Shown here: piece after piece, positions 42,789 to 59,585 of the stretch
Layout: every line of letters begins with the position of its first letter
Position numbering within the stretch: the first letter of the stretch is position 1
Source: an uncultured Verrucomicrobiae bacterium
Lineage (GTDB): Bacteria > Verrucomicrobiota > Verrucomicrobiia > Limisphaerales > JAFGQR01
Length of the DNA stretch: 59,585 bases
NCBI GenBank assembly: GCA_963788655.1
Contig: CAWBHS010000045.1
Location: forward strand, 1-59,585
Reading direction: 5' to 3'
Notes under the pieces: model-generated
Databases searched by the model: none
Told to the model about the DNA's origin: nothing
What the model saw: the letters and a program-made list of their open reading frames with translations, nothing else
Program-made: the position numbers and the translations under genes

Positions 42789-44111
42789 TTACACGTCAAA
42801 GTGGCTGAAGAGTTCCGGGAATTTCGCTTTGGCCGCTTTGGGATTCTTCTTTTTGGATTTGGCCAGGGCGTCTTGAAAAGACTGGGGAATCTCGGTCATC
42901 GGCTTGGTTTTCGGAACGTAGCCAACAGCATTCGGCGGCGGCGGAAGGGTACAATCCTTGCGCGGCTTCGAACGGGTTAAAACGTCGGTCAAATCTCCAA
43001 CCGGACGGCGATCAACTGCCGCCGAGTAATGACCACCGGCAAACTTGGCGGCAATGAGTTTCAGAATCGAAGTGTGGTCCAAGTTTCCCTGATAAACACT
43101 CTTGGGTTCAACATAGGGCGAGATGACGTATGCCGGCACGCGCAGCCCGGTGGATTCGAAGGGCGGAAACTTGGTCTTGCCCGGTGGTTTCATGCCGATG
43201 GGCAACGGGGAAACGTGATCGAAGAAACCACCGTGTTCGTCATACGTGATGAACATCACCGTTTTGTTCCAACGCCGGGGATTGGTCATCAGATCGGAAT
43301 AGATTTGCAGCAGAAATTGTTGCGCCGCCAGGGTTGGTGAAGGGGGATGATCGTCATTGGGCGCCTCGAAATGCGGCGCATCCGCAAATCGGGGATCGAT
43401 GAAGATGACTTGGGGAAACGTTTTGTCTTTTTCGTTCAGAATGTCGTCCTGAAAGCTACCGTAATGGCGGAAGTGCGGATCCACGAGTACGCGCAGGTGC
43501 CAGTCATCGAAGAGGATGGCAAAGGGAACCCCGTAGTGATAGACGCGCCACCGGATTTTGCGGTCGTTGAGCCAGTCGTAAACCAGTTTCTGATGGGGCA
43601 ATAACAGACCCTGGTTTTTCTCGATGCGGCTGTAGCCGCTCATCGCCATTAATCGGTTCGCCTGCGTGCCCGCCGGCAACGGAGCAAACCAGTGGTCGCA
43701 AATCCCAAAATTCTGCACGAAGAAGTTCGTGGCCGGTAGATCCTGGCCGGTGTAGTAACCCATGACCACCGGTTGATCGCCCGCATCGATGGCGCGGATT
43801 TGACTGTAGCTTTCCACAAAACCGATCATCGGGTGCGGCGGTGGGCCCGCCGAACCGGGCAACCCGGTCAATTGCATCGAGATGTCGTAGCGGTCGTGCG
43901 GCGGGTCGTCGGGCAACTTCTTGCTCGGGTCCGGCAAATGAAAAATCGGGAAGTCCGCCCCGTTCAGGGAATTCATCATTCCCGGTTTCAGGCCCTCGAC
44001 GTTCGGCCTGTTGTACGGGGGCAGGCTCAAATAACCGAGCTGGTGATCGAACGAGCGATTTTCCAGCATCACCACGATGATGGTATCAACGGAGTTCAGG
44101 TTGGTGGGCAT
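42789..44111 (-). CDS. Phospholipase C/phosphoesterase family protein
   Basis: MLENRSFDH, TQANR, DDHPP, TYDEHGGFFDHV, GLRVP..ISPY, HTSIL. Confidence 0.88.
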   Translation of the reverse strand: MPTNLNSVDTIIVVMLENRSFDHQLGYLSLPPYNRPNVEGLKPGMMNSLNGADFPIFHLPDPSKKLPDDPPHDRYDISMQLTGLPGSAGPPPHPMIGFVESYSQIRAIDAGDQPVVMGYYTGQDLPATNFFVQNFGICDHWFAPLPAGTQANRLMAMSGYSRIEKNQGLLLPHQKLVYDWLNDRKIRWRVYHYGVPFAILFDDWHLRVLVDPHFRHYGSFQDDILNEKDKTFPQVIFIDPRFADAPHFEAPNDDHPPSPTLAAQQFLLQIYSDLMTNPRRWNKTVMFITYDEHGGFFDHVSPLPIGMKPPGKTKFPPFESTGLRVPAYVISPYVEPKSVYQGNLDHTSILKLIAAKFAGGHYSAAVDRRPVGDLTDVLTRSKPRKDCTLPPPPNAVGYVPKTKPMTEIPQSFQDALAKSKKKNPKAAKAKFPELFSHFDV

Positions 44112-44513
44112 AGGATCAGGTATTGGTGGTTTGAGGTTGAAGATTCACGGAAATCGATGCCCGCGAAAGTGGCATGAGCGTGGCAGTGGTAATCAAAAAT
44201 CTTGGGCGCCAAGTTGGCACCGGAGAAGAATCAAAGTTTACTCCCCCCGTTGCTTCGCAGTTCCAGAAGCAATCGCTCGCCGCCATCCTCCGCTGCCATC
44301 CATGCATAATTATTTCAAACGACGTTTAACAGCGGTTATTATGATCAAGTAAATGGAGACGTCAAGGGCCTTTCCACGCTCCGCTTTTCGCACCCCGTTG
44401 GTGCGGTGAAACCTGTCGATGAAGTTACCGACGAAGTTTTCGACAATGTTGTCCGGCAAACGTGCCGTCAGGCTTCGGAATCAAACCTTCGAGCCGTGCT
44501 TGGCTCCGCGGCC

Positions 44514-45515
44514 TCAACGCTCTGGTTTTGTTGCTACCACCACGGAATTCATGGTTTCGTCTCGTCGCATGACGGTGGCATGGGCGAAGCCGGCGGCCGC
44601 CAGGTCTTCGCGCAATTCGTCAAAGGTGAAGGTGCCGCCTTCCGCGGTGGCGACGAGCATGTTAATGGCAAACAGGGCGCCGGAGACAGGGCGCGTGTGG
44701 CTGCGGTCCATCAGAATGTCGCGAATGGCGATGCGTCCTCCGGGTGTCAGGGCCTGGAGCGTCTTTGCAAACAGCGCCCGATTTTGCGCCCGGGAGTTCT
44801 GGTGGACGATGGCACTCACCCAGGCCAGATCGGCGCCCGCTGGCAGCGTATCGGTCATAAAGTTGCCCGGCACCATTTTGACGCGGCGGGCCAGTCCAGT
44901 TTTAGCGAAGCGTTGCCGGGCCATTGGGATGACGTGCGACAAATCAAAGAGGGTGGCCCTGGCCGTGGTACAAGCGCGGAGGAAGGCAATGGTCCAAGTG
45001 CCGGAGGCGCCGCCAATGTCGAGAAGATGATTGAAGCGCAAGGGCCGCACCGCTCGGATCACTTCGCTGGCGGCGGGTGCGGAAACATTGTGCATGGCCC
45101 CAATAAATGAAGCCGCATCCCCAGCTTGGCCACGCACGCTGGGGGTGCGATCAGGCATTTGCCCGGTTTTGACTACTTTCGCCAATTGCGACCAATTTCG
45201 GAGGCAATTCGCTTGGTGTTGAGCCATGGCCAGGATGCTTTGGGGGCCATCCGAGGTTAGGAACTTCGCCGTGCCGGCTGGCAGCGAATAGCGGTCCCCC
45301 TGCTTGCGCATGAGCCGCAAGGCGGCCAACGCATCCATTAAGATGATGATCCCCCGTTGATCACAGCGGCATTTCCGGGCGAGTTCCATGGCGTTGAGCG
45401 GACCGTTGGCTAGCGCGTCGAAGATTTCCAACTCCGCCGCGCCCGCGAACACGGCTGCGGCTTGGTAACCACGACCCAATTCCAATAAATCGTTTGCCGT
45501 CCAGTTTTTACTCAT
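44514..45515 (-). CDS. SAM-dependent O-methyltransferase with dimerisation domain
   Basis: AAELEIFD..L N-terminus; LDIGGASG; GNFM. Confidence 0.85.
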   Translation of the reverse strand: MSKNWTANDLLELGRGYQAAAVFAGAAELEIFDALANGPLNAMELARKCRCDQRGIIILMDALAALRLMRKQGDRYSLPAGTAKFLTSDGPQSILAMAQHQANCLRNWSQLAKVVKTGQMPDRTPSVRGQAGDAASFIGAMHNVSAPAASEVIRAVRPLRFNHLLDIGGASGTWTIAFLRACTTARATLFDLSHVIPMARQRFAKTGLARRVKMVPGNFMTDTLPAGADLAWVSAIVHQNSRAQNRALFAKTLQALTPGGRIAIRDILMDRSHTRPVSGALFAINMLVATAEGGTFTFDELREDLAAAGFAHATVMRRDETMNSVVVATKPER

Positions 45516-45900
45516 TGCCTTCATCGCCTTCCGCCTTAACCCTTCACCCTTCAATGCATTAATCCTTTAACTCTTCAATCTACTCACTTCCGGTCCGAAG
45601 TCTTGAATTCCAGTTTCAGTTTGAAGTCCCACTGCTTTTTCGGACGTCGACGCGAAGGCTTTTCTTCACCGGCAGCATCCCAAGAGTTAACTGACTATGA
45701 ACATGCAGTTCTGAAGACAGCAAGCTATTGCAGAGCAATCAGTTTTCAGTGACTACAGCCGAAAGCGCTGGATTTTGGCCTGTGGAATAATGCTTCCCTT
45801 CGCAGGTATAATCCTAAGGTGTTTGTGATAAATTGATTACAGACCGGAAAGCAATTAACTGGTTGGGTGATTTTCTTCAAAGATTTTTTTTGAAAAACCG

Positions 45901-45929
45901 TTGACAAGCAGACTGAGCTTCCCTAACTT
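45901..45929 (+). promoter_or_regulatory. Sigma70 promoter of the tRNA-Thr/tuf cluster
   Basis: AT-rich UP-like tract then TTGACA-17 nt-TAACTT. Confidence 0.7.
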
Positions 45930-46054
45930 CCCCACTCAGTCGGCGGGCTGGAAAACAGAATACCAGGAGCCCTAGATTGCTTTTTCAGGAAAAAGCAAGG
46001 GCGAATGGTGTATTGTCGTTTTCTCAAGCGCCATAGATTTTAGTTCCGGCTTTT

Positions 46055-46130
46055 GCCCATGTAGCTCAGTTGGTAGAGCACATCCTTGGTAAGGATGAGG
46101 TCATCAGTTCGAGACTGATCATGGGCTCCA
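46055..46130 (+). tRNA. tRNA-Thr(GGT)
   Basis: 76-nt cloverleaf; CATCC-TTGGTAA-GGATG anticodon arm; encoded CCA. Confidence 0.97.
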
Positions 46131-46196
46131 GATTGATTGATGACTCATTTTTAAAGACAAACGCAGAACACAAAATAACTTAACGTAGGAGAAAGC

Positions 46197-47390
<1,194 letters not shown>

Positions 47391-47483
47391 GTAATATCCC
47401 AGCACTCATGAGCGGCGAGCTGCGCTGCCGCTCATTTCCCTGCTTTTATTAATTGTCAACTATTATCAAATCTGGCGGGATGT

Positions 47484-47559
47484 AGGGCGTTAGCTCAATT
47501 GGTAGAGTAGCGGTCTCCAAAACCGTTGGTTGGGGGTTCGACTCCCTCACGCCCTGCCA
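47484..47559 (+). tRNA. tRNA-Trp(CCA)
   Basis: 76-nt cloverleaf; GCGGT-CTCCAAA-ACCGT; encoded CCA. Confidence 0.97.
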
Positions 47560-47585
47560 GCCTGACTCCCAATCGACATGCACCG

Positions 47586-47675
47586 GGAGGGGTGGCAGAG
47601 TGGTCTATCGCGACGGTCTTGAAAACCGTTATGGGCTAACACCCATCGGGGGTTCGAATCCCTCCCCCTCCGCCA
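47586..47675 (+). tRNA. tRNA-Ser(TGA)
   Basis: 90 nt with long variable arm; ACGGT-CTTGAAA-ACCGT; G discriminator + CCA. Confidence 0.96.
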
Positions 47676-47684
47676 GCAAACATT

Positions 47685-47951
47685 GTGAACAGCGAATACA
47701 TCAAATTGGTCGTGTGGGTGGTCGTCATTGGCGGCCTCTTCATCTATTTATGGCGCAAAGGTCACCTGTTGCGACTGACCAACTATGTCCGGGAAACCCG
47801 CGAAGAACTCCGGAAATGCACTTGGCCCACTTGGGATGAATTAAAAGGGGCGACGTTTGTGGTCATGATTTCAACGGCCTTGTTGGGGGCATTTACGGTT
47901 GGCATTGATTACATCCTGGTCTGGGTGGTGAGTTGGGTGACCAAGATTTAA
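47685..47951 (+). CDS. secE: Preprotein translocase SecE
   Basis: ELRKCTWPTWDEL motif; directly upstream of nusG. Confidence 0.92.
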   Translation: MNSEYIKLVVWVVVIGGLFIYLWRKGHLLRLTNYVRETREELRKCTWPTWDELKGATFVVMISTALLGAFTVGIDYILVWVVSWVTKI

Positions 47952-47965
47952 CCCGCGAAAAGACC

Positions 47966-48514
47966 ATGCGTAACCAGTGGTTTGTCATTCATACGTTGTC
48001 CGGCCAGGAACAGAAGGTCAAAGATAGCATTGAAAAGCGTCTCAAGGCCGAGGAAATGACCGAGTACATTAACGAAGTGCTCCTGCCCATGGAGAAAGTG
48101 GCCGAGGTGCGCGGCGGCAAAAAGAGTGTGAGCACCCGTAAGCTCTTTCCCGGTTACGTGTTTATCAACATGGCGTTATTGGATGAAAACAACCGGGTCA
48201 TAGAAAAACCCTGGTATTTCATCCGCGATACTCCGGGAATTATTGGTTTTGTGGGCGGTGACCGGCCTTCACCCACTCCGCCGGACGAAATCAACTCGAT
48301 TAAAGACAAGATTGCCGAATCGGAAGATACCGAACGTCCGAAAGTGGAATTCGACGTGGGCGAAACGGTGAAAGTCAACGACGGCCCCTTCCTGAATTTT
48401 AGCGGGGTGATCGAAGAAATCGATCCGGAACGCGGCAAGTTGAAAGTCACCGTGAATATTTTCGGCCGGAACACGCCGGTGGAACTGGAATACTGGCAAG
48501 TCGAGAAAGCATAA
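47966..48514 (+). CDS. nusG: Transcription factor NusG
   Basis: WFVIHTLSGQE, FPGYVF, KOW GPFLNFSG, IFGRNTPVEL. Confidence 0.97.
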   Translation: MRNQWFVIHTLSGQEQKVKDSIEKRLKAEEMTEYINEVLLPMEKVAEVRGGKKSVSTRKLFPGYVFINMALLDENNRVIEKPWYFIRDTPGIIGFVGGDRPSPTPPDEINSIKDKIAESEDTERPKVEFDVGETVKVNDGPFLNFSGVIEEIDPERGKLKVTVNIFGRNTPVELEYWQVEKA

Positions 48515-48523
48515 CAATTTTAT

Positions 48524-48949
48524 ATGGCGAAGAAAGTTACAGGCATTATCAAGCTGCAGATCCCGGGTGGCCAGGCCAATCCGGCGCCGCCCGTGGGCCC
48601 GGCGTTAGGCCAGCACGGCGTGAACATCATGGGATTTTGCAAGGAGTTTAACGCCAAAACGAAAAGCGACGCCGGGATGATCATCCCGGTAGTCATCACC
48701 GTTTATCAGGACAAGTCGTTTACCTTCATCACCAAGTCGCCGCCGGCATCAGTGCTGTTGAAGAAAGCGGCCGGTCTGGCCTCGGGTTCCAAGCAGCCCA
48801 ATAAGGAAAAGGTCGGCAAGGTCAACCGGAAGCAAGTGTTGGAGATTATCAAGCTCAAACAGAAAGACTTGAACGCTGCTTCCGAAGAAGCCGCCATCCA
48901 GGTCATTGCCGGCACCGCCCGCAGCATGGGCATTGAAATTGTCGATTGA
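48524..48949 (+). CDS. rplK: 50S ribosomal protein L11
   Basis: [22 protein letters not shown]. Confidence 0.98.
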   Translation: MAKKVTGIIKLQIPGGQANPAPPVGPALGQHGVNIMGFCKEFNAKTKSDAGMIIPVVITVYQDKSFTFITKSPPASVLLKKAAGLASGSKQPNKEKVGKVNRKQVLEIIKLKQKDLNAASEEAAIQVIAGTARSMGIEIVD

Positions 48950-48971
48950 ACCGTTGCACAAACCTCGAACC

Positions 48972-49001
48972 GCGGGAGAGCGTTCCGCTCGCTGGCACCG
49001 C
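48972..49001 (+). promoter_or_regulatory. Putative L1-binding autoregulatory hairpin
   Basis: GCGG-GA-GAGCG-TTC-CGCTC-GCTGGCA-CCGC asymmetric internal loop just before rplA. Confidence 0.5.
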
Positions 49002-49011
49002 ACCCTGATTC

Positions 49012-49710
49012 ATGTCAAGCAAACGTTACAAAAAAGCTCTGGAAATGGTGGACTTAAAGAATGTTTATACATTACCGTCTGCCGTGGAATTGTTGCAAAA
49101 GTTTCCGAAAGCGAAGTTCAATGAAACCGTGGAACTGGCCTTCCGCCTGGGGGTGGACCCCCGGCAGTCCGACCAGATGGTCCGCGGCACGGTACCCTTG
49201 CCGCATGGCAGCGGCAAAACCGTGCGCGTGCTGGTGTTTGCCAAGAGCGGTGCCGCCGCTGATGCCGCGCAGGCCGCCGGTGCGGAATACATAGGTTTTG
49301 ACGATTTAATTAAAAAGTGTCAGGAAGGCTGGACGGACTTCGACGTGGCCATTGCGACGCCGGAAGCGATGTCTGAAGTGCGTAAACTGGGCAAAGTGCT
49401 CGGCCCGCGCGGATTGATGCCCAATCCCAAGACCGGCACGGTGACGGAAGATACCGCCAAGGCGGTCAAGGAAGTCAAAGCCGGCCGGGTCGAATTCAAG
49501 ATCGACAAGGCGGGTAACATTCACGTGCCGATTGGCAAGACGAACTTTCCTGCCAACCAACTCGAGGAAAACGCTCGGGCGGTCATTGATGCCATCAACA
49601 AGGCGCGTCCGCAAAGTGCCCGGGGCACCTATATGCGCGGATGCACCCTCACCGCCACCATGAGTCCAGCGATTCGGATTGATCTCAAAGCGTATGCGAA
49701 AGCGGCCTGA
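49012..49710 (+). CDS. rplA: 50S ribosomal protein L1
   Basis: [28 protein letters not shown]. Confidence 0.98.
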   Translation: MSSKRYKKALEMVDLKNVYTLPSAVELLQKFPKAKFNETVELAFRLGVDPRQSDQMVRGTVPLPHGSGKTVRVLVFAKSGAAADAAQAAGAEYIGFDDLIKKCQEGWTDFDVAIATPEAMSEVRKLGKVLGPRGLMPNPKTGTVTEDTAKAVKEVKAGRVEFKIDKAGNIHVPIGKTNFPANQLEENARAVIDAINKARPQSARGTYMRGCTLTATMSPAIRIDLKAYAKAA

Positions 49711-49742
49711 TCGAGTCGTTCACCCTATTTCCCCCTGTCATC

Positions 49743-50252
49743 ATGCGAGCTGAAAAACAAACGATTACCAAGGAATACCTGGAGCGTCTGAACGCGTCCC
49801 CTTTCTTCATCGTGGTCGATTACCGCGGTTTGAAAGTCGAGCCGATTACCGAACTGCGCCGGCGTCTGCACCAGAACGAGGCGCACATGCATGTCATTAA
49901 GAACTCCCTGTTCCGTATCGCGGTTCAGGAAGCGGGGATTGGTGACCTGGGGGGGACCTTGACCGGCCAACTGGCGGTGGTGACCGGCGAAAAAGACATT
50001 TCGGCGGCGGCGAAGATCATCAAGACGTTTCGCGCCGAATTTGACAAGCCGGAAGTCAAGTTTGGCTACTTGAACAACGAGCGGTTGGATGCCGCAGTCA
50101 TCCAGACGCTGGCGGATTTGCCCTCCCAGGATGTGTTGCGCAGCCAATTGTTGGCGCTGCTGAACACTCCCGCCACGCAATTGGTGCGGCTGCTCAACAC
50201 CCCCGCCACCAGCTTGGCGCGGGTGCTGAAGGCAAAAATGGAAAAAGAGTAA
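49743..50252 (+). CDS. rplJ: 50S ribosomal protein L10
   Basis: DYRGL..LRR; VIKNSL; LADLPS. Confidence 0.96.
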   Translation: MRAEKQTITKEYLERLNASPFFIVVDYRGLKVEPITELRRRLHQNEAHMHVIKNSLFRIAVQEAGIGDLGGTLTGQLAVVTGEKDISAAAKIIKTFRAEFDKPEVKFGYLNNERLDAAVIQTLADLPSQDVLRSQLLALLNTPATQLVRLLNTPATSLARVLKAKMEKE

Positions 50253-50394
50253 GCAACTTTGAAAGATTTTCGGTTTGTAACTAGTCCGCGAACCGGAAGC
50301 AAACATAGCAACCATTAAAAAGTAAATCGTCGGTTCACGGGCCGTGAACTCAAACCCTCCGTGGCCGCGGATGACGACGAGACTGAGAGGAAAC

Positions 50395-50784
50395 ATGGCG
50401 TTGGATAAAGATAAAATTGTAGAAGAATTAAGTGGTGCCACGGTGATGGAAATCGCCGATTTGGTCAAACAACTGGAAGAGAAATGGGGCGTGACGGCCG
50501 CGGCTCCGGTCGCGTTGGCGGCTCCCGCTGCCGGCGGTGCCGGCGCGGCGCCGGCGGAAGAAGCCCAAACGATCTTTGACGTGGTTCTGGAATCGTTGCC
50601 GGCGGACAAGAAGATCGCCGTGATCAAGGCCGTGCGGGAGGTGAAAGCCGGTCTGGGTTTGGCGGAAGCCAAAGCTCTGGTCGAAGGTGCGCCCAAAGCC
50701 GTCTTGGAAGGTGTGCCGAAGGAAGAGGCCGAAGCTGCCAAGAAGAAACTCGAAGAAACGGGGGCCAAAGTCACCCTCAAGTAG
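50395..50784 (+). CDS. rplL: 50S ribosomal protein L7/L12
   Basis: [40 protein letters not shown]. Confidence 0.97.
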   Translation: MALDKDKIVEELSGATVMEIADLVKQLEEKWGVTAAAPVALAAPAAGGAGAAPAEEAQTIFDVVLESLPADKKIAVIKAVREVKAGLGLAEAKALVEGAPKAVLEGVPKEEAEAAKKKLEETGAKVTLK

Positions 50785-50907
50785 CAAGTCGATTGTCGCC
50801 GGGCGGTGGGCATCCCCGCCGTCCGGTGTCCGCTGGAACCGGGCGGACGTAATCAAAGAACTGGCGTTTCGACACCGTCAAAAACCGAACTTTAATTGCA
50901 GGAACTT

Positions 50908-50945
50908 GGCAAGTATCCCGGGTCAGCGGGGCACTTGCTTTGTGT
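50908..50945 (+). terminator. Terminator/attenuator-like hairpin between rplL and rpoB
   Basis: GCAAGTATCCCG-GGTCAG-CGGGGCACTTGC then TTTGTGT. Confidence 0.5.
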
Positions 50946-51000
50946 CGTTAAATAGAAACCAATGGCGTGGCAGTAGCCCGCCCAGTGTTCAGGAAAAACC

Positions 51001-54888
<3,888 letters not shown>

Positions 54889-54892
54889 CAAT

Positions 54893-59049
<4,157 letters not shown>

Positions 59050-59093
59050 CGGCTGTTACTTGGCCAACCTCGGGAATTCCCGGTGGTTTTCGC

Positions 59094-59133
59094 AGAGCAA
59101 TGTCGGCTGGCGACATTGCTCTTTTTTCTTTTT
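59094..59133 (+). terminator. Intrinsic terminator after rpoC
   Basis: AGAGCAATGTCG-GCTGG-CGACATTGCTCT then TTTTTCTTTTT. Confidence 0.85.
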
Positions 59134-59268
59134 GATTATCAGTCCGTGTCTCGTCGTCGGCAATGGATGTAACGTTGTTTACGGATCTCAAGTATTGGTG
59201 CTTTTGCTCAAGTTCAGAGAAAGGGATTTGTTCCGGCCCGCTGGAGTTGGCCGATTGTCGTTCCGCGT

Positions 59269-59550
59269 ATGAAGAAATGCCTCAAGTGCGCGATGATGGT
59301 TTTGGGTGGCCTCTGCTGGCTTGGGTTCGCAGTGGCCATTGGGTGGTTTTTGGTTCAGTATCTTGCCGAAGGGGTTGGATGGCAGATGCTTGGTTTCGAT
59401 GTTTCACTAACCGGTGTGTTGATTGGATTGGTGCATGTGGTGGGATTGGCGGCGGCGGCCGGATTAAGCTTTGCGATTGGTGTGGGATTGTGCGCCCATG
59501 GTCTGGTGCCTTCACTCAAGGGCTCGTCAAACGACCAATTACCAGAATGA
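59269..59550 (+). CDS. Small hypothetical membrane protein
   Basis: 93 aa with 2-3 hydrophobic segments. Confidence 0.5.
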   Translation: MKKCLKCAMMVLGGLCWLGFAVAIGWFLVQYLAEGVGWQMLGFDVSLTGVLIGLVHVVGLAAAAGLSFAIGVGLCAHGLVPSLKGSSNDQLPE

Positions 59551-59585
59551 AGAAACGCGGCGCGCAAATAACCATTGGCTATTTG

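Noticed and set aside
44417..44452. Three degenerate 12-bp tandem repeats (CGAYRAWGTT..)
   Set aside because: Too short and degenerate to assign a function
45585..45720. Basic short reading frame (EKPSRRRPKK) reminiscent of ribosomal protein S21
   Set aside because: An in-frame stop lies just upstream and there is no start codon or further similarity

Overview
GC-rich bacterial chromosomal window, most likely Verrucomicrobiota (inferred from EF-Tu/RpoB style, sulfatase content and repeat families). Left end (1-3245): a decayed two-gene mobile element (tyrosine recombinase + IS91-type HUH/Y2 transposase). Both of its ends terminate in TTGTTCAAC and are each joined to an outward-facing attC-like hairpin. 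It is followed by an orphan antitoxin and a third attC-like site, with no IntI in view. Middle: glycan/sulfate-related genes (GH-A hydrolase, two sulfatases, beta-helix, DUF5060, GH20-like, enolase family), zntB, terC, korAB with a two-component pair, dus, a large multi-receiver/HPt phosphorelay cluster, TPR, DUF362, a DegT + Gfo/Idh pair, rdgB, a phospholipase C-type phosphoesterase and an O-methyltransferase. Several REP-like palindrome families are interspersed. Right end: core cluster tRNA-Thr, tuf, tRNA-Trp, tRNA-Ser, secE, nusG, rplKAJL, rpoBC. Many genes, including essential rpoB/rpoC, carry frameshifts that are most plausibly assembly indels. All calls come from motif recognition by eye; no searches were run.
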